Positions 39,413 to 49,543 of a stretch of 64,000 nt of DNA are shown one piece after another (position 1 is the first letter of the stretch; each line of letters opens with the position of its first letter). Made by a program: the position numbers and the translations under genes. The stretch lies in assembly GCA_030550585.1 (NCBI GenBank), contig JAUQPB010000002.1:96001-160000 (forward strand), read 5' to 3'. Below the pieces are notes generated by a model. That model ran no database searches, was not told the origin of the DNA, and worked only from the letters and a program-made list of their open reading frames with translations. Source of the stretch: Thermoproteota archaeon. GTDB lineage: Archaea > Thermoproteota > Thermoprotei_A > Sulfolobales > Ignisphaeraceae.

Positions 39413-40594
39413 ATGTGTCTGGTGGGCGATATGAGTGGAGATAGGAACAAGAAATGGCTTTATGTTTTTATTTTGCTGGGACTCGTTTCATTAACAGCAG
39501 ATATGGTATATGAAGGTGGTAGATCTGTTGGCGGCTCTTATATAGAATCTCTTGGCGGCTCTGCAATAGCTTCTGCCATTGCTGGCTCAGGCGATTTAAT
39601 TGGATATGGACTTCGATTTGTAAGTGGTTTTCTAGCTTCTCTCTTTGCTTCTTCAGCTATTTTCTGGGGCTTCACCATATTGGGATATGCGATAACTGTT
39701 TCAGCTATTCCTCTTCTATCTTATGCAAATTCGTGGGAATTGGCAACACTGTTGTATCTTCTAGAGAGAGTGGGGAAGGGGCTTAGAACTCCTACAAGAG
39801 ATGTTATATTGGCTGAGGTCACAGAAAATATTGGTAAGGGCAAGGGATTTGGCATACATGAGCTAATGGATCAAATAGGAGCTGTTGCAGGGCCGGTCTT
39901 AGTATCAATTGCGCTGGCTGTTTATGGATATAAAATAGCTTTTATGTTGCTTTTAGTACCTGGAGTAGCATCAATGCTATTTCTATTGGTTGCATATCTT
40001 CTTTACCCATCGGTAAAATCGGTGGAGGTTTCTGTACCTAAGATAAGCTTTAGTGGCATGGGAAAGAAGTTTTGGTTATACATAGCCTCCATGATAATGT
40101 TTTCATTAGGCTACATACATTGGATGGTTGTATCATATTATTTGAAATACTGGGGCGTACTTACAGATCCTGAAGTAGCTCTAGCATATACACTAGCAAT
40201 GTTAACTGATGCTGTTGTTGCTGTACCCATAGGCATTATTTATGACAAACTAAAGTTTAAGAGTCTCTATATAGCTCCTCTAGCAGCATTAGGAGCAACA
40301 CTAACCCTATTAGCAAACTTGCACAATCCCGTAAAAACCATGGCACACGCTTCATCAGCTTTCTGGGGTATTACAATGGGATGCTTTGAAACAATTATGA
40401 GAGCCTCCATAGCAGATATCTTACCTCCAGACAAAAGAGCTATGGGCTATGGCATCTTTGGCCTCATATATGGCATTTCATGGACACTTGGAGCATTTGT
40501 TTTCTCATATCTCTTACAGTTATCAGTTGTGGCCACAGCAGTTTACGCAATAGTGACGCAAATTACTTCAATAGCGTTAATAACGCTTATATGA
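39413..40594 (+). CDS. MFS transporter
   Basis: ~12 TMs; DMVYEG, ERVGKGLRTPTRD, GFGIHELMDQIGA. Confidence 0.9.
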   Translation: MCLVGDMSGDRNKKWLYVFILLGLVSLTADMVYEGGRSVGGSYIESLGGSAIASAIAGSGDLIGYGLRFVSGFLASLFASSAIFWGFTILGYAITVSAIPLLSYANSWELATLLYLLERVGKGLRTPTRDVILAEVTENIGKGKGFGIHELMDQIGAVAGPVLVSIALAVYGYKIAFMLLLVPGVASMLFLLVAYLLYPSVKSVEVSVPKISFSGMGKKFWLYIASMIMFSLGYIHWMVVSYYLKYWGVLTDPEVALAYTLAMLTDAVVAVPIGIIYDKLKFKSLYIAPLAALGATLTLLANLHNPVKTMAHASSAFWGITMGCFETIMRASIADILPPDKRAMGYGIFGLIYGISWTLGAFVFSYLLQLSVVATAVYAIVTQITSIALITLI

Positions 40595-40726
40595 GAGAGA
40601 TATGGTGGCCAACTATCTGCGACTTAGAACCACATGTTTATTTAAACATATTAAAACTACTAATAATGGTTTATACATTATAAAAACTTTTATTCAGAGG
40701 CATGAGAATGTTTAACAAATCTTGTT

Positions 40727-41665
40727 GTGGTTGATAGTATGAGTGTTGAGGTAAAATGGCCCAAATACGCGTGGATTAATGGAAAAATAGTTGAGTGGGA
40801 CAATGCAAAAATCCATGTATTTTCCCACGGACTTCACTATGGTACCGGAGTATTCGAAGGTATAAGAGGATATTATGACAATGGCTACATAAAGATCTTT
40901 AGACTAGAAGACCATATGAAAAGGCTATTCAAATCCGCTAAAATTATTCATATGCAGATACCATACAAACTAGATGATTTGATTAAGGCTGTAATAGATG
41001 TTGTAAAGGCAAATGGATTTACTAATGACATATACATAAGGCCAATAGCTTTTAGAGGTCTTGGAAGCTTTGGCTTAAGAGCTCAAAACCCTGTTGATGT
41101 TGCTATAATAGCCGTTGAATTTGGTAAATACTTGAAGAAGACAGGGGTTAGATGTACTATATCTAGCTGGAGAAAACCCGCGGCCGATTCATTCCCAATA
41201 TATGCGAAGGTAACTGGAATGTATCTACTTTATCATTTGGCATCCCTCGAAGCCTCTATGAATGGATATGACGAGGCAATCTTGCTGGATTCAGATGGTT
41301 TCGTTGCAGAAGGATCTGGAGAGAATATATTCATAGTTAAGGACAATACGTTGATAACACCGCCAACATATGATGCAATCCTAGAGGGAATAACGAGAGA
41401 CACGGTAATCAAACTAGCTAGAGAAGAGCTTGGCCTGGTAGTCATCGAAAGAAGAATTAGAAGAGAAGAACTCTATACAGCTGATGAAGCTTTCTTTACC
41501 GGTACAGCCGCAGAGATAACACCCATAATTGAAGTTGATGGCAGACCTATTGGAAATGGGCAGGTGGGCACCATAACTGAAAAGATTGTTAAACTCTATA
41601 ATGATGTTGTACTTGGAAAAATAGAGAAGTATAGAAAGTGGATTACAGAAGTGAAAATAATATAA
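40727..41665 (+). CDS. ilvE: branched-chain amino acid aminotransferase
   Basis: LHYGTGVFEGIR, YIRP, AKVTG, EGSGENIF, LEGITR, TGTAAE. Confidence 0.95.
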   Translation: MVDSMSVEVKWPKYAWINGKIVEWDNAKIHVFSHGLHYGTGVFEGIRGYYDNGYIKIFRLEDHMKRLFKSAKIIHMQIPYKLDDLIKAVIDVVKANGFTNDIYIRPIAFRGLGSFGLRAQNPVDVAIIAVEFGKYLKKTGVRCTISSWRKPAADSFPIYAKVTGMYLLYHLASLEASMNGYDEAILLDSDGFVAEGSGENIFIVKDNTLITPPTYDAILEGITRDTVIKLAREELGLVVIERRIRREELYTADEAFFTGTAAEITPIIEVDGRPIGNGQVGTITEKIVKLYNDVVLGKIEKYRKWITEVKII

Positions 41666-41720
41666 AATCAGAATTCCGCCGTCTAATCATCGCCTCATCC
41701 CCAATAGGCATCATCACTTT
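41665..41720 (-). ncRNA. box C/D sRNA
   Basis: reverse complement GTGATGA-TGCCTATTGGGG-ATGA-g-GCGATGA-TTAGACGGCGGAATT-CTGA. Confidence 0.75.
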
Positions 41721-41762
41721 TTATCTGCTTTAAAAAATACAGCTACACAGGTTTCTATTTTT

Positions 41763-42632
41763 ATGCTATTCTACGCCTATAAATATATTGATGGCGTAGT
41801 TTTAACGAAGTGGGATTTAGACGACATACTTAAAAACATTAAAAATGGTATTAAAGAATTTGAAATTGTGACAGATCTCGGCACAAAAACGCGGGTCGTG
41901 AGGACAACAAATAGTTCTGTTATAATAGATGAAGCAGAAATTTCGTTTGATGAGCTAACATCTCTAGAATATGGATTTGTATACAAGTATTTGAACGGAA
42001 AGCTTTATAGAATTGATCTATATGATAGTGGAAACTACTATAAACTTAAACCATTATCAAATAAAGATCCTCCGACGCTAGAGATAAACGGTATTCAAAT
42101 GCATAGAACTGTAGATGTTAATCCATGGAAAGACACTATTTTGAAAGTGTCTTCGCTCGGCTCTTTAAGAGGTAAAAGAGTTCTAGATATATGTACTGGC
42201 CTTGGATACTCTAGTATTGTTGAGGTTTTGAGAGGAGCTAAAGAGGTTATAAGTATAGAGAAGGATCCAAATGTTCTATATATAGCATCATTGAATCCCT
42301 GGTCTAAAGGACTTGAAAACAATAGAATTAAGATAATATTGGAAGATGCTACTATAGCTATAAAGAATTTTTTAGATGAAGAATTTGATGCAATATTTCA
42401 TGATCCTCCAAGATATAGCATTTCTGGAGACCTATATAGTCTAGAATTTTACAAGGAACTGTATAGAGTTTTGAAGAGAGGGGGTATGCTATTTCACTAT
42501 ACCGGTGAGCCAGGAAAACATTCAAATATGGGTATTGTTAGAGGTATTAAGAGGAGGTTAGAGCAAGCTGGATTTGAATATGTTATTTGGGTAGATAAGG
42601 CAAAGGGCTTCAAAGCAATAAAACTACATTAG
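41763..42632 (+). CDS. archaeal SAM-dependent methyltransferase (COG2521-like)
   Basis: PTLEINGIQMHR, VLDICTGLGYS, HDPPR, LFHYTG. Confidence 0.88.
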   Translation: MLFYAYKYIDGVVLTKWDLDDILKNIKNGIKEFEIVTDLGTKTRVVRTTNSSVIIDEAEISFDELTSLEYGFVYKYLNGKLYRIDLYDSGNYYKLKPLSNKDPPTLEINGIQMHRTVDVNPWKDTILKVSSLGSLRGKRVLDICTGLGYSSIVEVLRGAKEVISIEKDPNVLYIASLNPWSKGLENNRIKIILEDATIAIKNFLDEEFDAIFHDPPRYSISGDLYSLEFYKELYRVLKRGGMLFHYTGEPGKHSNMGIVRGIKRRLEQAGFEYVIWVDKAKGFKAIKLH

Positions 42633-42639
42633 GATTTAT

Positions 42640-44256
42640 CTATACAGTTACAGCTCTGAAATATGCATATTGTCTTGCTTTCTCATAGCACGACTGCAGG
42701 AGTTTGGCTAGGTTATCTTCTCTAAAACTTCTGTTGATCCAGTTGACACAGTTCAATCTAATATTAATATTAGCATTTCTTTTAACTACCTCACGAGCCC
42801 AGCCACTCCTCAATCTATCAAATTCGCCTCTGTTACCAGAGTCTATTGCTTCAGTAAATTTTGTTATATCATCTATAGCCTCTCCAAATGCATAAACATC
42901 ATCTGGTGCAATAACAGTACCTGTGCCATTGGTGTAATCCCACTTCAAATCTATGACCGTTTCAGGAAGACCCCCAATTCCTGAGACAACCACTGGTGTG
43001 CCAATGGCCTGGGCCTCTATAGAAACCATGCCAAAGGGCTCATATCTAGATGGAACGACAAATGCATTTGAGGCGAATATAACAGCCTTCAATATTTTAT
43101 GATCAACAGCCTGTGTAAAGAGTAAGACTCTTCCCCAACGTTCGCTAATGAGCGTGGATAGGTAGTGTTCATAGCCAGAATCTCCAATGGGTAGCCCAAA
43201 TATGATTGAGCACACATCTTTTGATGTATAGTCCAATGACTTTATAAGGGTGTCAAAGCCCTTTGCAGATGTCAGCCTACCTGCAGCGGTAATTATATAT
43301 TTGCATTTATCATTCAGATACCCTATTTTTGACACATTTAGATTGTTTATCCACCCCCTAATAATGACCTCTCTAGCACTTTTTCTATTACTTGTTCCAA
43401 AGAGGGCTAGACTATAATTAGCCGCTTCATCTTCTTTCCAATCGGTAACGTTGTGAATTACAAAAGATTTTTCCTCTAGCCAATTTCCAAATCTTGATAA
43501 TAGCTCTCTTAAATAACCCCAGCTGTTAGTAGCCATAACATCTGCTTCAATAGAGGTAAAAGCGTCGACATCGCCTCTTACACCATCCCATAGCATTCTT
43601 GTGCAGGTGAAGATATGTTTGTTTGGAATCCAAATTCTGTGGCATGCGTCTGGGATGCCACACCACTCACAAGATGCATAGTGCCATGGAAATGATTTTC
43701 CGGATAGCAAGTGAATTGAATATACAAAAGGAATTGCATATCCCCTCAACTCATACAATATTTTAGCCATCGCTCCTGCCAAGGCAGAGGCCCAGTCATT
43801 AGCATGTATGAGGTCGGGTACGTCATTTGTAATCTCTATCCAATGTTGCAACCCTCTTGCAAATAAACACGCTTTTTCCTCAGCATAAGCATATATATAC
43901 CAATTATCAAGGAATTTGCCAGTTGCTATATCAAGGCCTTTAAACATAACAACTTTAATGCCATTCACGTTAGCCTCCTCAGCACCAATACAATAGTTAT
44001 ATGTGTTTCCGTCAAGCCCTTTTCTAGATCTGCATACCTTAAACCATTCAATTGGTTTGATATTAAAAATTTGTCTGTGCATAGGCGAGAGATGTCTGCC
44101 GTGGGATGGCATGAAAACTGTTACATTGTAGCCAAGTCTTTTCAGAGTTTTTGCATATAGCGTTACAGCTCTTCCTAGACCTCCCAATGATGCCAGTTCG
44201 TCAAATTCGAATGTTAATAGCCATACATTATTAACTTTTGTAGGTGCAACAATCAC
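42640..44256 (-). CDS. GT-B glycosyltransferase, glycogen/starch synthase-like
   Basis: LGGLG, VFMPSHG, IHANDW, GRLTSAKG, PSRYEPFGMVSIEA. Confidence 0.85.
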   Translation of the reverse strand: MIVAPTKVNNVWLLTFEFDELASLGGLGRAVTLYAKTLKRLGYNVTVFMPSHGRHLSPMHRQIFNIKPIEWFKVCRSRKGLDGNTYNYCIGAEEANVNGIKVVMFKGLDIATGKFLDNWYIYAYAEEKACLFARGLQHWIEITNDVPDLIHANDWASALAGAMAKILYELRGYAIPFVYSIHLLSGKSFPWHYASCEWCGIPDACHRIWIPNKHIFTCTRMLWDGVRGDVDAFTSIEADVMATNSWGYLRELLSRFGNWLEEKSFVIHNVTDWKEDEAANYSLALFGTSNRKSAREVIIRGWINNLNVSKIGYLNDKCKYIITAAGRLTSAKGFDTLIKSLDYTSKDVCSIIFGLPIGDSGYEHYLSTLISERWGRVLLFTQAVDHKILKAVIFASNAFVVPSRYEPFGMVSIEAQAIGTPVVVSGIGGLPETVIDLKWDYTNGTGTVIAPDDVYAFGEAIDDITKFTEAIDSGNRGEFDRLRSGWAREVVKRNANINIRLNCVNWINRSFREDNLAKLLQSCYEKARQYAYFRAVTV

Positions 44257-44332
44257 GGAGGTTTCCTAGTAGTTTTAGTGTACTCTAAGATTATAAGTCT
44301 AGCTAAGTAAAACATTTATTTGAGGAGCATTT

Positions 44333-45520
44333 ATGGAATCGGGTTTCGCAGAACTCATTTTACATGATGGCAAGGTTCCTCCACATCTTCTATACTATAT
44401 GAAGAGATTATCTCATGCAATACTTAGCTACATATACGAGGTTTTTGGACCCGATGAAATTGTGAAGAGGGTATCAGATCCTTACTGGTTTCAAGCATTT
44501 AATAATGTAATTGGGATGGACTGGGATAGTAGCGGGTCTACGACAGTTGTTATCTATATGCTAAAGAATTTTGCAGATGCAAGTTCTTTTAAAGATATTG
44601 GAATAGCTGTGCTAGGGGGTAAAGGCATTGATGCTAGAAATAGTGTTAATGAAGTAAAGAAACTTGGTGATAGCATCGATCCTAGTTATATTGAAACCAT
44701 TAGTAGGCTGGGCGCTAAAATAGATGGTGTTGCACTACAAGATGGCTACGCACTCTACATACACAGCATTGTAGTGAGTGAAAATGGCCTTTGGACAATA
44801 ATTCAGCAAGGGATGAACACAAATGCAAAACTTGCCAGAAGATATCATATTCATGGAAATTCGATGATAAGAATTGATGGGGATCCGCATAGCGGCATAG
44901 CATGTGACAATATCGGTTTAGCGTTAAATCTAATTGATCGCGAAGCGGAGCAAAGCAGGAAAACAATACTAGAAATAATATCATCAACTCCATATAATAG
45001 TTTGTTAAAGGATATAGCATATGCAAATAGGGTAATCAGAGGCGATAAAGGTCTTGAGCAATGGCTTTCAGATAAAGTCCAACCCAACTGGAAAAGCACA
45101 CAAGGTGTAGAAATAAAGGAAATTAGGCATAGAATCTATAGGCCAGTATTAAACATGGCAAGAATAGAACATATATTAAAAAAACTATATGAGTTAAAGC
45201 CTCATACATTTGAGGAACTTCTTCTACTAAAAGGCGTAGGGCCGGAGACTATTAGAGCGCTGGCCCTAGTAGCTGATGTAATATATCATTCGAGGCCTTC
45301 ATTTAAAGATCCTGTAACACACCCTCTCAACCCATTCATATATTCGTATGCCCATGGAGGAAAAGATGGAGTTCCATACCCAGTTAGAATAGATTTAATG
45401 AAGCAAACCATAAACTTTCTTGAAGAAGCCATTCAAGAGTCGAAGCTAGACATTAATACAAAGAGAAGAGCATTAGAAAAATTGCATAAAATGTTTAGAG
45501 AAATAGCAAATAGTGAGTAA
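44333..45520 (+). CDS. DUF763 family protein
   Basis: SDPYWFQAF, GMDWDSSGSTT, QQGMN, ARRYH, GVGPETIRAL, SYAHGGKDGVP. Confidence 0.9.
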   Translation: MESGFAELILHDGKVPPHLLYYMKRLSHAILSYIYEVFGPDEIVKRVSDPYWFQAFNNVIGMDWDSSGSTTVVIYMLKNFADASSFKDIGIAVLGGKGIDARNSVNEVKKLGDSIDPSYIETISRLGAKIDGVALQDGYALYIHSIVVSENGLWTIIQQGMNTNAKLARRYHIHGNSMIRIDGDPHSGIACDNIGLALNLIDREAEQSRKTILEIISSTPYNSLLKDIAYANRVIRGDKGLEQWLSDKVQPNWKSTQGVEIKEIRHRIYRPVLNMARIEHILKKLYELKPHTFEELLLLKGVGPETIRALALVADVIYHSRPSFKDPVTHPLNPFIYSYAHGGKDGVPYPVRIDLMKQTINFLEEAIQESKLDINTKRRALEKLHKMFREIANSE

Positions 45521-45649
45521 ATAGAATTCAGCAAACGCAAGGCAAATCATATTGCAATACTATATTATAGCATGCAAAGAGCTCTATGATACATTTGTTT
45601 TCATGTTTTTAAGCTTGTTTTCTTCTTATTTCTTTTTTCGGTGGTTTGA

Positions 45650-45835
45650 ATGGCCTGTACAAAGCCTGTTAAGGTTAAGCTGCCTGATGGTGGGGAGAAG
45701 GAGCTGGTTCCAAAGAAGGTTTGGAGCCTATCTCCAAAGGGTAGGAAAGGAGTTAAGATAGGGCTGTTCCAAGACCCGGCATCAGGAAAGTACTTCAGAG
45801 CTAAGGTACCAGACGACTACCCAGAATGCAGCTAA
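45650..45835 (+). CDS. creN7: chromatin protein Cren7
   Basis: [39 protein letters not shown]. Confidence 0.95.
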   Translation: MACTKPVKVKLPDGGEKELVPKKVWSLSPKGRKGVKIGLFQDPASGKYFRAKVPDDYPECS

Positions 45836-45863
45836 AAATATCTTCTTACTCTAACATATAAAA

Positions 45864-46559
45864 ATGGGTTTATCAGCTGTGGAGTTACTTAATCTACATG
45901 ATATTTTGTATGATATTCAAAAGAATAAGAAATTAGTGATATATTCACCTTATAGCAATTTTAATGCAGTCTTATCATTATGGTTCTTTAAATTGCTTGT
46001 TGAGGAAGGTAGAAAGCCTTGTATTCATACTGATGATGTGCATATTGAGTATGTAGTGAATGATCTATGTAGAGAAAAATACCCTGAAATCCATATTTGT
46101 GTGAATGCATTGAAATCTCATGATTGTGTAATCAACATAACTAACAGTTTTTCGAAGTGTGCTGGAGACATTGATGTTAATAACTGTTGTGTAATATGTA
46201 TAGCTAATGATTGGAGACCTGTTTATAATCGTATGCATGGAACTATTTACCAAATTAAAAGAGTTGGTTCAAATCTGTACAGGGTACTGAGGGTGGAGAA
46301 TGGCAAGGCAAAAGGCTATGCGCTACTAAAAATGCAGGTGTGTGAGGTTTTTCAATACGAAATGCCTTCGGATCTTAGAATCATTTACGAGGAGCTGAGT
46401 GAGATTGTTAATGAATTTGGATCTATAAAGGCAACAGATTTTCTCAAGTATATAACTAGGAAAAGGAATATGGATAGAGAACATGCTTTAAATATGATAA
46501 GGCTGGCTATATCTATGGGCATTATAAAGTATTCCAATGGTCATCTAACGATTTATTGA
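45864..46559 (+). CDS. hypothetical protein (Cys-rich; possible C-terminal winged helix)
   Basis: 231-aa ORF co-oriented between cren7 and glmS-like gene. Confidence 0.6.
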   Translation: MGLSAVELLNLHDILYDIQKNKKLVIYSPYSNFNAVLSLWFFKLLVEEGRKPCIHTDDVHIEYVVNDLCREKYPEIHICVNALKSHDCVINITNSFSKCAGDIDVNNCCVICIANDWRPVYNRMHGTIYQIKRVGSNLYRVLRVENGKAKGYALLKMQVCEVFQYEMPSDLRIIYEELSEIVNEFGSIKATDFLKYITRKRNMDREHALNMIRLAISMGIIKYSNGHLTIY

Positions 46560-46609
46560 AAATTTAAATACTGATTGTGTTACTCGAAAATATAATGAGG
46601 GTTAATCCA

Positions 46610-48430
46610 ATGGGTGGGGTATTTGCTGTTTTATCCTTGAAAAAACTTAATGTTGTAGATATTGTTGTTAAAGGTCTTAAGCTCCTCGAGTTCAGAGGCT
46701 TTAATGGAAGTGGTGTAGCAGTTCTAAATAATGATAATGTTGCTGTGTACAAAGATGCTCAAAAAATAGATAATGTTTATGAAAAATACAAGCTAGACAA
46801 GGTTTCTTCATGGATCGCATTGGGGCATACAAGGTATGCAACTCATGGTAAGCCACATATAGATAATACCCATCCCCATGTTGATTGTAGTAATAGAATA
46901 GCAGTCGCTGGGGATGGAGCTATAGCTAATTATGAATCCTTGAAAGATGAAACTATTATGAGAGGGCATAGAGTTGTTTCTAGATCTGACTTTGAGGTTA
47001 TAGCTCATATTATTGAGGATCAAGTAGGCAAAGGTCTTGATCTTTTGTCCTCATTTAGAGAGGTTTTAAAAGATTTGGATGGATTTTACAATATAGTTGC
47101 CTTGGATTCTAAATGCAAATGTTTAGCGGCTTATGTACATGGCCCCCCTCTTTATGTAGGTGTATCCAGCGAATATATAGCAATTTCGTCAGGTAAGGGA
47201 GCATTATATGGTGTTTCAGATAGGTATTTCAGACTTGAAGATGGCGAAATCTTAGCGGTCAGCGAGAATGGGCTTGTTGTTGAGAATTTGAAAGGAGATA
47301 GAGTTGCTAAGGAGCTTAAGCCTATAGATATAGATCCTAGGTACATCGATAAAGATGGATATCAGCACAACATGCTAAGAGAAATTTACGAGATACCAGA
47401 AGCTCTTTTACGAACACTGTACTCTGTACAGGAAAAGTACTTGTCCTTTGCAGCTAAACTCGTTAATGACGCAGAAAAAATTTTTATAATAGGCAATGGA
47501 ACAAGCCTCCACGCAGCTTATATAGGCTCCTACTACCTCTCAGAACTAGCTGGCATAACATCTATTGTTGTAAGTGCTGCTGAATTTCCTCTATATCATG
47601 TAGATAATGTCGGCCCTGGAACAGTAGTTATAGCAATTTCCCAATCTGGTGAAACAGGGGATGTGCTCTCATCTGTGTTTGAGGCCAAGCTAAGGGGGGC
47701 AACAATTCTTGGGCTCACAAACTATATTGGCTCTAGACTAGCTAACCTCTCAAACCTCTATCTTCCAATTGGCGCAGGCCCAGAAGTGGCTATACCAGCC
47801 ACAAAAACATTTACATCTACATTGCTGCTCCTCTATTTAATTGCTTTAAGAGCTGGAAGAAATAATGGTAAGATCAGTAGCGATGAATATAAGGCTAGAA
47901 TAGAAGAGATTAAGAGATTAAGCAAAGATCTCAAAAATAATATTCCACTAATTGAAGGTGTTGCTGAAGTCGCGGCTAAGAAAATAGCTGAGTGTAGAAG
48001 TGGATACATAATATCAAGAGGAATCACATATCCACTAGCTTTAGAGGCAGCGCTAAAAATAAAGGAAGTAGCATACATGCATGCTGAAGGTGTTGAAGCA
48101 GGCGAATTTAAACATGGTCCACAGACAATAATTGAGAAAGGAATTTTCACAACGTTTATAATGCCTGTCGAAAAACAGGCTTTGCAGGCAACATATGAAC
48201 TTATAGCAATGGCCCAAGAAAAAGGTTCTTCAACAATCATTGTAGGATTTGAGTCAGACATTAAAATTAATGAGGTATCTAATGCTATAAGAATATTGAT
48301 TCCATATACATCAAGGTATTTAGCGCCAATAGCATTGATTATCCCACTGCAGTTGACAGCCTATAAACTGGGGCTAATCTTAAACAGACCTATAGACAAT
48401 CCGAGATATTTAACAAAAACAGTACACTAA
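46610..48430 (+). CDS. glmS: GlmS-like glutamine-fructose-6-phosphate transaminase lacking catalytic Cys1
   Basis: LEFRG, GHTRYATHG, HPH, two SIS domains SQSGET, ATKTF, EAALKIKE, KHGP; N-terminus MGGVF. Confidence 0.82.
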   Translation: MGGVFAVLSLKKLNVVDIVVKGLKLLEFRGFNGSGVAVLNNDNVAVYKDAQKIDNVYEKYKLDKVSSWIALGHTRYATHGKPHIDNTHPHVDCSNRIAVAGDGAIANYESLKDETIMRGHRVVSRSDFEVIAHIIEDQVGKGLDLLSSFREVLKDLDGFYNIVALDSKCKCLAAYVHGPPLYVGVSSEYIAISSGKGALYGVSDRYFRLEDGEILAVSENGLVVENLKGDRVAKELKPIDIDPRYIDKDGYQHNMLREIYEIPEALLRTLYSVQEKYLSFAAKLVNDAEKIFIIGNGTSLHAAYIGSYYLSELAGITSIVVSAAEFPLYHVDNVGPGTVVIAISQSGETGDVLSSVFEAKLRGATILGLTNYIGSRLANLSNLYLPIGAGPEVAIPATKTFTSTLLLLYLIALRAGRNNGKISSDEYKARIEEIKRLSKDLKNNIPLIEGVAEVAAKKIAECRSGYIISRGITYPLALEAALKIKEVAYMHAEGVEAGEFKHGPQTIIEKGIFTTFIMPVEKQALQATYELIAMAQEKGSSTIIVGFESDIKINEVSNAIRILIPYTSRYLAPIALIIPLQLTAYKLGLILNRPIDNPRYLTKTVH

Positions 48431-48533
48431 CACCAGCATCCCTACAAACAAAGCTATGAAGCCGCAACTTTAAATGAATTTCTATTACAACTACACTATT
48501 TGGATTATCTGATATAGGCAATGGTGGCAAACA

Positions 48534-49007
48534 GTGGTTGTCCTATCACCAGAAACTATAATGATGCTATTTGGTCTTAAAGAAGAAGATGTAGATTGTA
48601 GTGGAATTAAACTACATCTAGATAAGGTTTTTGTCTTCAAAGGAAAGGCGTTGATAGCTAAAAATTCTAGAAAGCTTGCAGAAGTCGAAGAAGTTGAAGC
48701 AGATAACGACGTATATCATCTGATGCCTGGGGCATACAAAATCAGATATAGGGAAATTGTGAAAGTGCCAAATAATGCAATAGCTCTTGCAATACCAAGG
48801 TCTACCCTACTAAGAAATGGCGCAACAATATACACGGCTGTGTGGGATCCAGGATATGAAGGGAGAGGAGAAGGGCTTCTAACAGTATTCAACTTGAATG
48901 GGATAGACATAGAAAAAGGAGCTCAAATAGCTCAACTTGTTTTCATAAGACTTGATAGGGAAACGAAATTTGTCTATAGAGGAATCTATCAAAGAGAAAA
49001 CATATAG
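48534..49007 (+). CDS. dut: dUTPase (dCTP deaminase/dUTPase family)
   Basis: PRSTLLRNG, AVWDPGYEG, AQLVF, YRGIYQ. Confidence 0.9.
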   Translation: MVVLSPETIMMLFGLKEEDVDCSGIKLHLDKVFVFKGKALIAKNSRKLAEVEEVEADNDVYHLMPGAYKIRYREIVKVPNNAIALAIPRSTLLRNGATIYTAVWDPGYEGRGEGLLTVFNLNGIDIEKGAQIAQLVFIRLDRETKFVYRGIYQRENI

Positions 49008-49036
49008 TTTTGTATCGCCATATCAATGTATTAAAA

Positions 49037-49396
49037 TCACTTCTTTGATTCTATGCCAAGCTCTTTTAGCACTTGCTCTAGTATCCTTGATCGCAACTCC
49101 TGATCATTAACATTATTCATTAGTTGAACGAGGCTCAAAGTCTTCAAGCTTCTTCTGGTAACAGAAGCTAGCCCATCTACAGAGTCTCTGAGCTCTCTTA
49201 TACTCTGAATCACATGAATAAGAAGCTCTTGTATATGAGCTAACTGATGTGAGATCATGCCAAGATCTGCTGCAGGAGTAGCTTCATGCTCATGTTCATG
49301 CTCTTCTTCAGCACCTTCGCTTTTCATTATCTCCTCACTAATTTTCTGAATGTCCTCCTCACTTTTTGGAATATTCATTCTGCTAAATTTAGACAT
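49037..49396 (-). CDS. hypothetical coiled-coil protein with His/Glu tract
   Basis: EEEHEHEHE followed by a heptad helix; SD-like GAGGT upstream. Confidence 0.7.
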   Translation of the reverse strand: MSKFSRMNIPKSEEDIQKISEEIMKSEGAEEEHEHEHEATPAADLGMISHQLAHIQELLIHVIQSIRELRDSVDGLASVTRRSLKTLSLVQLMNNVNDQELRSRILEQVLKELGIESKK

Positions 49397-49543
49397 TTCA
49401 ATAACCTCACATAAGCCTACAAGTGCTATAACTAGAAGGTTTTGGCTAAAGACACTTATAAATTTAATTAGACATTATGATATGCTAACTCACGTTCATG
49501 GCTTCAGAAGTTGATTTAAAGAGGAGATAGTATGTGAATTATT

